64,000 bases of DNA, taken from the NCBI RefSeq assembly GCF_018977255.1, contig NW_024704742.1:84942001-85006000 (forward strand), in the 5' to 3' direction. This DNA is from Callorhinchus milii (Eukaryota). The stretch's first letter is position 1. Every line of letters begins with the position of its first letter. The notes below the pieces were generated by a model. The model saw only the letters and a program-made list of their open reading frames with translations. It was not told the DNA's origin and searched no databases. The position numbers and the translations under genes were made by a program. Below, one piece after another: positions 1 to 13,266 of this stretch.

Positions 1-410
1 GCCACAGTTCCACACATGATAAGCAAATCTATGTTATAACAAAGGTTCTATAATTAATTAGAGTTCACAGAGACTGATGTGGGCACTTCATGCTGGATGT
101 TCTCTGTAATTTGCCCTCGCAGAACATTTCCTATTGATTAGTATGGATATGCTCCTACTTACTTGAGTTGGGTGGAGTTGTTTAGCTGTAATTGGTTACT
201 TTTAGCTATTATTTGCAGCTAAGACAGTTATGTAAAACAATCCTCTGAATTCTGTCACTATTACTATATGAAAATTGTTTACTTGTAATGCTTATTTTTC
301 ATAAATCATTCATTCAGCACTGGTGAAAGAAGCAGAAACTGAAGCAGAATTATATAAACGGAATCATATATGGTTTAACCAAATTCTCTGCTCATAGAAA
401 TAATCCTCAC

Positions 411-572
411 CTGATGCAAGACCTCCAAGGTGACGGGATAAAAAAGGTTCTCCACAATGATGCGGAGGACCGGACTCTGACCAGCTAGCAGTGCCCCTTC
501 AACACCGGTGCCTGACATAGCCATGTTACCAGTGTGAATTGCATTCACTGCCTGTAAAGCTGCCTGGGCTCT
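411..572 (-). CDS. PTBP3: PTBP3 exon 6, 162 nt (RAQAALQAV...[24 protein letters not shown]), linker and start of RRM2
   Basis: ccacag|AGAGCC...CAG|gtgagg. VTLEVLHQ is PTBP3-type (PTBP1/2 have VTLDVLHQ). The gene continues beyond position 1. Confidence 0.96.
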
Positions 573-784
573 CTGTGGAGAGAACAACGTTTTAGTTACA
601 GAACAATATTTATCACAAGAAATTGACTGGATTTGAGGTTTGGAAGCAGAAAACTACAGACATTTATTAAAGAAAAACCTTATACACCTCAATATGCCCA
701 ACCTGAAGAACACTTCATGTTTATGGTGGCACAATTTTATTGAATAAAATGAATGAACAATTTTTATTTGGATGATTGTTGAGT

Positions 785-902
785 AATAATAATAAATAAT
801 AATCCTTGCATTTGATATAGCGCTTTTCACGTCAGGAGGACGTCCCAAAGCGCTTCACAGAACACACTGTAAAGTGAATTGACTGTATATTTGTGGGCGA
901 AC
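785..902 (-). mobile_element. 3' tail of a young tRNA-SINE
   Basis: Reverse complement almost identical to 36788-36900. Confidence 0.85.
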
Positions 903-3900
903 TACAGGAGAAACTCCCTTCTCTTTTCAAGAGATCTTTAACTGGCAGTCGGGACCTCAATTTAACTTTAATCTAAGGCGGCACCCCCGACAATGAAATG
1001 CACTCCAAGCATTGCATTGGCATGTCAACCCACATGGGGCTTGAATCCCAAAGTGCTTCACTGCAAAGTGCATTTACATGTGTGCATGTGTAGTGTCAGT
1101 ATATTTGCACCTGAGCATAGAGAAGTGGATGTGGAACAGAGCACAGTAGAGAGCTGATTATCAGCACTAATTTAGACTGACCTCTTTGTAGATAAAGTGA
1201 ATATGGTTGGAAATCTGTAAAATGCTAAAAATGCTTCCTGTGCCCCTCTTACTCTAACCATATAAATATATTTAACACATTTGTGCTATCAGTGGAAAAT
1301 CCACTTTTTATGGTTAGCTGGGTGTCTTGACATGTGGAAACCAACCACCATGCTTAAAAAGAGCATTCGAACCAGACAGAGTTCCACTTATATGTGCCAC
1401 CTACACAGAAAATTTCTTGTCAAGAATGTACTGCGCACTCTCTCCTTGAAGGGATGCTTCCTGCTTGCCTAATGATGGAGAGCATTTAGGGGCAGTTTGG
1501 CAGGAGCCAAGATGTGGGAATTCCAGAATGCAATGTGGGAAGAATGCCTATCCCCAGTGGCTGGTCTCCTTTCCACACGAGCCAAACTGGTTGGTCCATG
1601 ATCAGCATGCCTGGAGCACTGGGGACTATTGAATGCGCCACAGAGAGTTGAATAAATTCCAGGATTCTGTTACCAAACACATCACCTTGGAACCTGCTCA
1701 GTTCTAAGGGGATCCTTCCTCCCTCCACTCAAGGAGAATAGTCACTAGGAGGTTAAATGAGGTTGTGCACACGTTTGTAGCAGGCGCTTAAGAGCTTTTT
1801 TAGCACGAATAGATTGCATCTTTATCAACTGCAAGGCCGTAACTTCACACATCAGGAAACTTTTGTAACAGCATTGTAGTCAGAGCCTGATGCGGATAAA
1901 CGTATGTACAGATAACCAGCAATCTAATGTAATAGATTTGTAAAAGAATGATCAAATCACTTCCTAACAAAATCAATACCACATCATTTTTTTTAATTAC
2001 CTGCTTGTCCAAGCAAAGTATTAATTTAGGTAGTTAGTCTGCCCAGCTCATCTCTGTACAAGCTGCAGACCATCCAGAACTCTGCAGCCCATGTCCATTC
2101 CTCACCTGGCTCCTCAAGCCAATCACATCCACCCTTGCTCGAATCTACTGACCCCCATTACCTAGCGAATCAAATTTAACACTAACCCACTTTCAACATC
2201 GATCAGCTGTGGATCCATGCTAACTGAAAGCATGGTGTACTCAGCTTCCGTGTATGACTGGCCTGTCTCTCACATAAACAACAGTTGACTTCTGGGATTG
2301 TTGAATGTTAAATGCACGTTCGCTAAGCACTGATAACAACTGACAACTCAGAAATTGGCCACGTTTCCCTGCTTGATTCGGAATGCAGTTGTGAGACACT
2401 GGACATTGGACCATGTTATAATGAGGTTTTCATGTACTTGTAGGGCCCAGGATGTTTGGGGGAAGGGGAGGGAGAAGAGCGGGAAAAGGAATATTAGTTA
2501 TCCAGCGCCTTGGGACGTCCTCCCGACGTGAAAGGCGCTCAATAAATGGAATCTTGTTGCTGTTGTTATCCATTATATGAACTGCAAAAGATAGAATGTT
2601 GTTAATCCATTTTAGCTAACAAAATTACTCTCCCCTCCCATTTATTTTTATTTCCTGCATGCAAACCCATTTGAAGAAATGCCAAGCAACTACAACTTGT
2701 GGCTAGACTAAACACAGGAATATTAGGTAAACACTATTCTCCTGGATTTGCTGGCATTAACAGATTCTAATTTCACAGTGTGTCAGAGATCCTTTAACTT
2801 TTTTTAAACATTTAACTTGAAACTGAATTGTGACAGAAATGGCCACTTCCTCCCAAGGGGAATCATTTTTGAAATGCAAGGGCAACTGAGAAACACTAAA
2901 TGTAAATGCACAGTTCAATCAAATTCACCATCACCAAGTCCATAGAAAAGCTAAATACCATCCAGGACTGCAACCTTGACTGGCACATTGCATTTACAAT
3001 AAAAGTCACTGATAGGAGATGAGCTCTGACCTCAGTTTAAAAATGACATGCGAGGGAAATGCAGAACAAAAAACACATTATGGCAAAATAAGGAGAAAAG
3101 GAATTTGAACATGATGTAATCCAACCAGAATTTAGTTATTCAACTAGTTCTTAGGTAGTAACATCTTCATTGGTATACAAATTAAACTGTGAAGAAATTA
3201 CCGCATATTACTGTTGTGCCACAAAAAGGAATGCCGTAGATCTCTCTCAAAATACAAAACAATAGCAAAATTACATTTTAGCGCCTTTAACAACAGGAGG
3301 ATGTCCCCCAGACACACCATTGTCTTTTGGAGATAGATTCACTTCTTAGAAGGCTGTGAAGTAACAGCTCAAGTTTCACAGCTGCCAAAATGGATCCTGG
3401 AGAAAGTCTGTACTGTGTCAAGTAATCTACGCAGTACAAACTATTTTGACATTGTATTGGAGGATTTTTTAAACCTCTCTTCTTCTGAAGGCAATGATGA
3501 CTCATAATGTATGGCTCTACAAGTACGAGCGTCTCTTTTGTGCCTCGCCCAAATGGCCATTCTTTGCGGGTGCCGAGAGTGCGTCAACAGAATGTTGAAT
3601 TGTAGAGGCCAAGATTGATTGAATCAGAAAGTTGAAGGATTTAAGGTGAGTGAGAAAAATGAGGGGAAGACAAAAGAGTAACAGCTAAGGAGGACAAAGA
3701 TCAGATCACAGGGAGAAGTGGGGTAGCAACTGTGAAAGGAGAAGTGGACCCTGTTTCCTGACTTCATCCCCTTTCATGCTAGTTTTTTTTAAAAAAATAC
3801 AATAGCTCAAATACAAGCTCCATTGACTCCAGAAATCAGACATGTGCAGCTCAGAAGACCACTCAGCCCATCATGCTGTGCTAGTTCTATATAGGATCAA

Positions 3901-4071
3901 TTCATTCAGTCCTCCTAGCCTGCATTTTCCCCACACTCCTACACATTTTGCTTGGTGTATGCTACTAGAGGAGAGGAAGAAAGTAAAACCATTGCCCAGT
4001 GCATATATGCATCCATGGTTTTACAGGGAAAAGGTATTCGACCCTGCCCAGATAGTTAAATATCAAAAAAA

Positions 4072-4207
4072 TGCAAAATACTGCATATGCTGCAGAACAG
4101 TTCATCAGACTGACAAAGGGTCATGGACCCGAAACGTTGATCCTCTCTCCTTTGTCCATAGATTCTGCCTAACCTGCTGAGTGTTCCCAGCGATCTCTGG
4201 TTTTGGT
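4072..4207 (+). mobile_element. Penelope-like terminal-repeat remnant containing a degenerate minimal hammerhead motif
   Basis: CTGACAAAGGGTCATGGACCCGAAACGTTGA followed by CTCTCTCC...ATAGATTCTGCCTAACCTGCTGAGTGTTCCCAGC, a repeat I recall as common in cartilaginous fish. Confidence 0.55.
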
Positions 4208-7020
4208 TAAATATTGAAATGGTTCTTGATTGATCTAGAAACGGAACAAGTGTTCTCTACTCAATGAAAGTGATGAAAGGACATAAAGGGAATGCTTCCT
4301 CTATTAATAGCAGCAGAAACCATCCTCAATTAAATTACGCTGTGAGCTACAAGGAGAAGCTCTTCCACCAGATATTCTGTTAACATATAAAGAAGCAAAT
4401 ACTTCAGTGAACTTTCTCAGGCTATCATTTACTCCTTTTACACAGCTGACCACACTGATTTTTTAAAATACATTTTTAATTTAAAACATTTAATTGCTAT
4501 TTTTAAAATTTTCAAAATAAACACACACTTTTGTTTTCAGGAGCCAGTAAGCGAGGAGCGCGGAACAAAAAAGTGTTTTTTTAAAAAATAGGGGCAGGTG
4601 GAGAAAAGGAGGAAGAGATGAGCCCCAAACCATTTAAGCTCCCATTTACCCTTAGCATGTAAAGAAAAAACAGTAGTTAAAAAAGGTCAAATTTGAGGAA
4701 ACTGTAGTTTATAGTCTGCAATCATTTCCTCTCCACTAACAAATACAAGTAGGAATGTTCTAATCTATCAGGGTTGCATGTGCGCAGCTTTAAAAAACAC
4801 TGATGGAATGAACATTGTACAATGCCTTAAAGGTAAAACAGCACTGAAGTACAGCAGTCACTGAAGTACAGCTTTTATTTAATGTCTTGTGGGCTTAGTC
4901 ATAAAATGTACAGTAGCGAGCTAAGGAAGATTCTGAAATTAACTGTGCATTGCAGAAAACTGTGCATATAATTGACAGAAAGGCAATAAGGTTTATTCCT
5001 GAACGTTTACAACAATAGGGGTGTAAATTGTTGATCTGTGCTAAATGCATTCATGTGTAAAGTGCATTTAGTAGAGATCAATATTTCTGCCCAACACTCA
5101 TGTAAACATTTAGGAATAATCATTATTGGCTTTCTGTCAACACAAATATTTTGCTGAAATGCAAAAGAAATTTCAAAACATTCATTTACTGTTGCACATT
5201 TACTTGTGGTACATGGTGAAGTACAATGCAGTTGTACGATAAATTTTGGCATTTGGAGTTCATTGCATGGCAAGTTCCCAATTTCAGCCAAGCTGTTGGC
5301 GGAAGCCATTGAGCAACAACAAAGTGCTTTACCATAGGGTGGAACCTGGGAGTGAACCTTGTCAGACTGATCTCACACAACCTCCCAGTGGCCACTTCCA
5401 GAGTGGCAAGGACAGAATGGAGAACATAAGGTACGAATCAGAGATCTTATTAAAAAGCAGAATAAATATTTTCATACACATTTTAAATTAAAAGGATTTC
5501 TTTCTAATATGTAGCATATCTTTCCTTAAAACACTGTAAAGCCTTGGTAGCTAGCCAAACACTTTGCCAAGCAGAAAATGCATGCACTGGAAAGACGAAT
5601 AATGTACTGACAACAAATCTGTGCCGCTGACTATACCAAAACTTTGAGACATGGACTCATTTGATGACAACTTTCTCAGATGTTCACATCACTGAAACTG
5701 AATATACAATATTGAAACCGACACTGCAGACCCAGTGGTGGTCCCAAAGTTTTAAAAAAACACTAACTCCTACACTAAATGTAACATTGTCGATGCTGAT
5801 TTACTGGTTGACCCCTTTGTAACCCATTGTGATTACTGAACCAATTCAAAATGTAAGTTTCTGACATTTGGTTCGTCTGGATCCTTTTTCTTTCCACATG
5901 TGAATTAAGAACAGGGTTCTCACCTGCTCCATAACCAAGAAGCAAGCAACACGATTCCATCAGAAACAGATGGGAAATGTCAGTTATTCACTCTCTCCCA
6001 CCGCTGATACACCTTCTCACTTCTACATTGAAAATGAGCAGCTTTGCTGGAGCACATTGGAATTAAAAATAATTAAGGTATCCAGATTCAAGTGATAACG
6101 CCATATATAGCGTAACATTACTCTGCTTCTAAATAACTGGGGGATACAGGCTAAAAATTAACTGAATCCATCTTGGTTGTCCATTGAAATAATTTTAAAC
6201 CAGACAGAGATAAAACGAAAATAACATTGAATCCTGCGCTGCTACTAAATACTGTGATATGTTTGCAATATTTGAAACACAAAGTCTAGCACGAGAAACA
6301 ATTATAAATCTGGCTTTTGCTTCCATTACTCAATCATTTTAATATGTGCATACATATTAGAATTAAAGCTCTCCATCAGGGTGTCGCCCTCCCAGGAGGA
6401 TAGGCAAACAGCAGGCTTCCAGACAATGCCACATTCCTGTTAAACTGAATTCCAGGGGTTGCATGGGAGTGCACTCAGTCACATTTCCCACTGTGGAAAA
6501 GCAACAAGAGAAGGCTCTTCCAGGCATCAGCTTCTGAAAGCATGACCAAGGTCAGGAATTTCCCTTTAATCATGCTTTCCATGCATCCTGTTCAGACTAC
6601 AAAATGGAATACAGTTCATTTAATGTGAATGTCATGGACCTAAAATGGTGGCACTGCACTTAAGAACCATAAATGTTAGGTTTAAAGAATTCTTCATCGA
6701 CATTACTCAGTAACTATTTATGATAACTACTACCACAAAATAATTGAAAGGGGAAGCTGCCAACGTTTTTCAATCGTGCTTAAAGCTAAAATGTACCTTT
6801 GGTGCTTTCACATATGTGTTGCCTAATAAAAGATGTGTGGCGCAATCTTCATAGTATAGAAGCTATTAATTTAGTATGTTTTAATTCACATCACACATTC
6901 TGGTTTGTCGACCTGCAATAAATCTGAAATTAATACAATTTGCAGATAAGATTTAAGTAAGCATCAGATGTTCCAGATCTGGTTTACATTAATAACATTT
7001 GATACATTACTTTTATCATC

Positions 7021-7348
7021 AGTGGAGTCCTGTAGCTCAGTGATTAGAGCACTCGCTTTGCAAGTGAGAGACCCGAGTTCAATTCCAGGCAGAGGGCGAA
7101 ACCTTGGGCAGGTTTCCTTACTCCACACAGAGCCTAATAATAATCCCTCCAAAACCAAAAACAATAATAAATTGGTCATTTTCAATCTACGACTGTTTCT
7201 GGGACATTGCTGTGCCCAATTGGCTGCCGCGTTCGCCCACAAATATACAGTCAATTCACTTTACAGTGTGTTCTGTGAAGCGCTTTGGGACGTCCTCGCA
7301 ACGTGAAAAGCGCTATATCAAATGCAAGGATTATTATTATTATTATTA
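7021..7348 (+). mobile_element. Young tRNA-derived SINE, short subfamily
   Basis: A box TAGCTCAGTGA, anticodon-like loop TTTGCAA, B box GAGTTCAATTC, an L2-like 3' tail and (TTA)n. Near-identical to 36578-36902. Confidence 0.92.
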
Positions 7349-7419
7349 TCAGGAGACGGTCTCAAAGCATTTCACTTTAATGAGTGAAAATAACACTGTA
7401 AACGCGTTTTGCAAAGTGG

Positions 7420-7755
7420 ATGTAACTACCACTTTTGTACAGCGCAGTGTATTTTGTAGATGGACGTGACAGACAATTTTGTTAACAGCAATGTCCCACA
7501 AACAGCCACAAAGTTAGTAGCCAATCTTATGTTAGGGAATTGTTAGCTGGGAAACGAGGAGAAACTCCCTTCTCTTCAACAGTGCCACAGGATCTTTAAT
7601 GTAGTTCAGAACAAGCAGACAGCAGCTCAGTTTAACATCTCATCAGGATGACACCTCCAACATTGAAACACATCCCCATCAGCCTAGACAATGCAAATTG
7701 ACACGGGAACTTGAACCTCAGACTCAGAGGCGAGTGCTACCAACTGAGCCAGGCT
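7420..7755 (-). mobile_element. Deu-domain-type SINE
   Basis: Reverse complement of the 9014-9400 family; ends GAGTGCTACCAACTGAGCCAGG. Confidence 0.7.
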
Positions 7756-9013
7756 CATAACTTGGTTTGATGGTGATGACAATTTAAACATCCAGCTAGT
7801 CGGGTAGAAAACTATGTTACAAAATTAATATAAATTACACTGCTGAACTGCTTAAAAATTAGCAGCTGCATAGTACAGTTAAAAGGCACAAGCTTGAATG
7901 AAAGGATTGGTTGGTAAATAAAATTTGTTGTGACATTTTGCTTGTTGTCATTAGCTTTGGAGCTTATAGCTCGATATAGAAATTCTCATTTCACTTGAGA
8001 AATAATTCTACTTATTACAAAGCTTCAGAATAACAGCCATACAACACTTAATAGTTTTTCCCCGAATATTCAATGTATGGGGGTGTGTGGGCGGTGGTGT
8101 CAGAGTATTCAGGAATGAAATAGCTTCAGCCTCTTGCCCCAATGGATGGTAGCGACAAGAGTTAAAATATTGAGTATAATATTACAGAGCACAAGATTAA
8201 AAATAACCTTTCATTGTTTTAGAAAAGCCAAACTGACAATGTGCTTTACAAAAATAATTCCAATACATTAAAAATGCATTCTAGTTGGCCCAAGTTGAAA
8301 CAGATAAATTTATATACTGTAATGATTGAGCCAATTACTTTCAAAGGAGCAGATTCTAGATTCAGACAAAAACTCAATCTTTCATCAATCTTTGTTCTAC
8401 AGCAACTTGCATTTATATAGCGCCCTTCATGCACAATAGTGTCTCAGAGTGCACTATAATGACTGGCCTGAAATAAACAAGAGAAATTACAATCGAGCAC
8501 ACATGAGATCAACTTTGATTAACACAGCTTAACTTCTCCCTTAAAATTATTTTTAAGCCAATGTTAAGAACTATCTTTGGAGATTTGGTTGCCATAAAAG
8601 TGAGATTCGTCAGTACATATTCAATTTCATGATTAGAGGAATCTCCACCCAATAGTTTCAGAATCTTATTCTAACCATGACTGCTTTTCCATGGGTTATA
8701 ATCATATTGACCAATTTACAATACTTAAATTCTACTTCAGCATTTTAAAGTGGTTGGTGCGCAAAATGTAACTTTTTTTGATCTGCGGTTTTAGTTTGGC
8801 AAAGCAGCAGAATTGGAACCAGTCTTACTCTATTAGCATCGTTCCCCTAGGGTATTCAGGACCTATTTTTAAAAATATTTAAACAAAGTTCACGAAATCC
8901 TGAACAGTTATATTGCAGTGATAAGTTATTATACTTTTTAAAACCCTAAAACAGTTAGCGGTCTAAGTCCAATGCCGCATACTAGGCTGACTCAGCACCA
9001 GCTGCTTAATCCA

Positions 9014-9400
9014 TGTCAGTTTGGCTCAGTGGCATCACTCTCACCCGAGTTAGAAGATTGTGGGTTCAAGCCACACGTCAGGATTTGAACTCACATAGTC
9101 TAAGCTAACACTCCAATGTAATACCGGGGGATGTTGCATTGTTGGCAATGCCATCTTCCAGATGAGTCGTTAAAACTAAGGTTGCGACTACCTGTTCAGG
9201 TGGATGTTAAAAATACCATGGAGCTATTCGAAAAGAGAAGGTTTTCTCCCAGTGTCCTTGCCAATAATTCCCACAAATAAAATTGATCATCTGTTTGATG
9301 GCTGTTGGTAGGACATTGCTGTGTGCAACTGTGCTGCTGTTTTTGCCTACAAATACACAGTCATTGCATTTCATATGAAATTCTGTGAAGCGTTTTGAGA
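9014..9400 (+). mobile_element. Deu-domain-type SINE (DeuSINE/SacSINE-like)
   Basis: tRNA-like head TGGCTCAGTGG...GGGTTCAAGCC and central GATGAG.CGTTAAA...TCAGGTGGATGTTAAA..ACCATGG..CTATTCGAA, recalled as the Deu domain. Related copies at 31930-32270 (+) and at 903-1055, 21370-21620 and 27270-27595 (-). Confidence 0.7.
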
Positions 9401-9404
9401 CTTC

Positions 9405-10350
9405 CTTTTTCTCATCCACACGTTCCCCATCGTCGACGTCATCCGCAGACATAGGGTTAACTTCCACATGTATGCGGATGACACCCAAAATATACTTCTC
9501 CTCCAGCTGCGACTCCCAGTCCACTGATATCCTGTCAGCTTGTTTGACAGACATCAAAGCCTGAATGAGCACAATTTTTCTGCAGCTGAATGTCGGCAAG
9601 AGGGTATGAACTCCTCAAACTCCCCCAAGCTCTCCCTCAGACTCTCCGAACCTGTGCGCAACTTACGCATCAGGTTCGATCCCCAGCTTTCCTTTCTACC
9701 ACACATCTGTTGCTGACCAGGACTGGTCCACTTCCGTCACATCACCCGCCTCCCTCCGTACCTCACAACTGACACAGCTGAATCCCTCGTCTAGGCCTTC
9801 ATCACTTCCTGGCTGGACTATTCCAATGCCCCCCTCGCTGGTTTCCCCAGCTCCACCTTACACAAAATCCAATGAATCCAAAACTCACCCACAAGAAACT
9901 CTATACTCCCATCACACCAGTCCTTGCTGAGCTCCACTGGCTCACAATTACCGAACGGATTGATTTCAATATCCTTATTTGCTTTCAAATCACTTCATTC
10001 CCTCACACTCCCTACCTCTCCAACCTGTTTACACCCCACTTCACCATTCGCTGCCTCCACTTGGTTGGCTATGGCCTCCTAATTCTCCCTCGTGCCCTCC
10101 GCTCCCCCATCGATGGCTGTGCCTTCAGCCACTAAGCCCAGAAACTCTGGAACTTTCTTCCTCAACCCCTCCACCTTGCCCCCTACCTCCCTCCCCACCT
10201 TCAAATACCGCCTAAAGACCTTCCTTTTGGATCGTGCTTAATCACCATCCCCCTCCCTCTCCCCTTGGCTCGTTGTCAGACTCCGCCACTGTTAAAGGCT
10301 ACGGGATTCTGCCGAGTGAAGTGCGCTATATAAATGCAAGTTGCTGTTGT
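9405..10350 (+). mobile_element. Old L2 LINE 3' fragment
   Basis: FHMYADDTQ-like sequence at 9462-9488, LAELHWL..RIDF, and the tail TATATAAATGCAAGTTGCTGTTG. Confidence 0.8.
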
Positions 10351-10662
10351 CCGGTCTGCTCCACATCCCCCGCCCTACCACTGGTGGCCGGGCCTTCAGC
10401 CTCTCGGCTCTGGAACTCCATCCCCCAGTGCCTTCGCCTTGCTTTCTCCCTTTCCTCCTTCAAGGCCGGTCTCAAGACCTTTCTCTTTAGCCGTGCCTTC
10501 AGCTCTTTTCTCGACTCTCTACCCCCTCCTCGCTCCCTCCCTTCCCTCCCCTCACCCTGACCATTTCCCCTTGCTGGGGTCCCGACCCAACTGTCCAGCG
10601 CCTTGGGACGTCCTCCCGACGTGAAAGGCGCTCTATAAATGCAATCTTGTTGTTGTTGTTGT
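10351..10662 (+). mobile_element. Young L2 3' end inserted directly after an older L2 tail
   Basis: Closely similar to 58285-58608; ends GGGACGTCCTCCCGACGTGAAAGGCGCTCTATAAATGCAATC(TTG)n. Confidence 0.85.
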
Positions 10663-10719
10663 CACTCCAACGCGATAAGGCAATATACCAAATGCAAGAA
10701 TTATTATTATAATCCAACC

Positions 10720-11370
10720 CCTTTGGGTGAGGGCCAAAGCCAAATAGACCTTCCCACTGTGATGCCGACTTTACCGCCCGGGGTGCTCAGCGACAGGTCA
10801 GTGTAGGCCAGAGCTCCTCCCTCCCATTTCCCGTAAATCCATATCGTTGCTTGATCCTGGATTTTGCAAATGGGTCAGAGGAAGGCCTTCTGCTGCAGCT
10901 CCAGGAGCTCAGACCCATAAACCAGAACTGTTTGCACACAGGTCTTATATGCTGTTGTGCTGTTAGCTTGGCTTGTATTGGGACCTTGCTGTCCTTGAAG
11001 AGAGATGAGCATGGCCAGAATGTCCTTTGCCTCTTCCCTGTGCTGTCCTTCAGGACTGTGTCTAAGCAGCAGTTGGTGTCCACCACAAGCCCTGGGTACC
11101 AATATCATTCAATACCCTTGATGTCTTCTCTTGAACCATGTAGAACTATTCATGTCCCACTAGATGGCCCAGTTTTCAGTATAACAGGTACTGCCACAAG
11201 GACCCCAGGTGTGTCCGCCAGCACAATATCAAACAGATGGAGCGCATTCCTGTCAAAAAGCCCTGGAACATATACTCCAATTCTATCCCCTTTGATGACA
11301 TCCAACACAAAGAGTTGTGTAGTTTGAACTGCACTCAAGGAAACTATGGCAAATAGTGTGGCTTTCCTCA
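10720..11370 (-). mobile_element. Degenerate non-LTR retrotransposon fragment, probably RTE clade
   Basis: Frameshifted minus-strand peptides YPGLVVDT..., SLFKDSKVPIQAKL and AYKTCVQTVLVYGSE resemble the RT-thumb motif K..LY...V...LLYGSE.W. Confidence 0.5.
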
Positions 11371-11725
11371 TTATTTGGAAACTTCAACCTAATAGGCTTG
11401 AGGTAATACCTCCACTCAGTAATTGACAGTTTTAAAATACGCAACACAAAAAAAACAGGCCGACCACAAAGTCAGAAGGAGAAACAAAGCCTAGGATGAA
11501 GCTTTGTACATGAGGCTGAACTGGTTTCAAAGAATAAGCAAGAAATATTAAAACATCAGAAATGTAATCTTTATGCTCACTTTGAAATAATTTTCAATTT
11601 TCTTAAGATTGTGGTCTAAATCCTCAATTTATTTAAATCTGCAAAACCAGCTAAACTCCATTTCAGGAGCATTGTGACATTTGTCAAATTAGAAATATGA
11701 ATAGATAACCCCAAGAGACACTTAC

Positions 11726-11872
11726 AGCTTGGTTGGGCAAGTTGTCAGTCTTCAATTCTCTGTGGTTAGAATACTGAATGTAAATGGGCTGATTGCGGAG
11801 GTGTGGAGTGACAGTGGTGTAATAGTTCACCATAGTAACAGCAGCTTCTTCTGAAGCCATTTCAACGAAAGC
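11726..11872 (-). CDS. PTBP3: PTBP3 exon 5, 147 nt ([49 protein letters not shown]), end of RRM1
   Basis: ttacag|GCT...GCT|gtaagt. [16 protein letters not shown] is the PTBP3-type sequence; lies within ORF 11684..11944. Confidence 0.96.
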
Positions 11873-12906
11873 CTGTAACAAGAGAAAACAAAATTCAATA
11901 AAGACAACGAAAAGCTCTCTAAACACATACATTTTGTATTTCACTGCTTATTCATGGAAGCGACTCCGTATACAATTGCTGGCGGTTTAAAATTAAATCC
12001 TAATTACAACTCAAGTATTTATGAGGTTCAAAATGTGAAGATGTTATTTTTAGCATTATTGTCAAGAATATAATGTTCTCGCTTGTCAAATGAACTACTC
12101 CACCAAACAATATCCGTTTAAATATAGGAGATCATCTCATTGGAATGGTTGAGATTAAAATTAAGAAACTAGAAGAGCAGTTGATTCAGAGCAAGGAGCT
12201 GCAACATTTACATTTCTTTGCGTCAGACCACTTCCCACACAGGACACAGAGCTTTATTTTAAAGAAATATGCAGCCATCATTTAGCAAAATATATTAAAG
12301 CCCCAAATGTTCCATTCCATTTTATGGATAATTAAACTGATACAGTAGGATTAAAACAATATTTAGAGGGGACATAATTCCAAATCCTATTTAGACTAGT
12401 TAACATAAAGAATTCCCTGCCAGAAACAAGTGATTGAGGTAGAATCTACATTAGCTTTCAGGAGGGAACTAAATAATTATAATAAGGAGCAAACTACAGC
12501 GGTATAAGGAAAGAGGACATAAATAGGATTGCTCTTAAAAGAGCCAGAACAGATATGGTGTGTCTATGGTTCTAATTAACAAGAGCACACATCAAACGGA
12601 GCGGATCAGACCAGAATTATTTAAACAAACACCCCAAATTTAATGGAACCAATAACCTCAAAAGTATGCACTTATTTAGGTTTTAATGCCAGAATGAATC
12701 ATAGCATTCAGCCTGTTTCTGCCACCACCCACCTCATATGAACACACCTTTTGGTTTATTAGTGCATGATAACCAACATAAGAACCTGGTAAGTGACTCT
12801 CCCAGAAATCTGGTTATGTTGCTGGATTACCAACAGCAGGGGAAGGCAAAAAAAGAGAGATGTGGTGATCATGAAGGTGAGTCTTGTTACAGTGCCCTGG
12901 CTCTTT

Positions 12907-13266
12907 ACTCCAGTTCTATAGCTTAGTGATTAGAGCACGCTCTTTGCAAGCAAGAGCACCTGGGTTCGATTTCTAGGCAGGACCAAATGTTGGGCAAGTT
13001 TCCTTACTCCACACACCTGCTTACCTAGCAGTAAGCAGGAACCTGGTTGTTAGTTAATTGGCTTTTCCTGGGATAATAATCCCTTCAAAAAAATAATAAT
13101 TTGGTCACTCAATCCACGACTGTGTATGGGACACTGCTGTGCGCAATTGGCTAGCGCGTTTCACCCACAAAATACAGTCAATTCACTTTACTGTTTTTTC
13201 TGTGAAATGCTTTGAGACGTCTAGAAGATGTGATAAGGCGCAACATCAAATGTAAGGATTATTATA
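12907..13266 (+). mobile_element. tRNA-derived SINE, long subfamily
   Basis: Same head and tail as 7021-7348, plus an extra internal segment TTACCTAGCAGTAAGCAGGAACCTGGTTG. Confidence 0.85.

Noticed and set aside
1486..1728. 80-aa minus-strand ORF
   Set aside because: No recognisable motif or splice context; possibly a very old LINE remnant, but I cannot support that.
7024..7095. tRNA-Ala(TGC)-like gene (also 36581-36650)
   Set aside because: No proper acceptor stem or poly-T terminator; it continues into a repeated SINE body and LINE-like tail.
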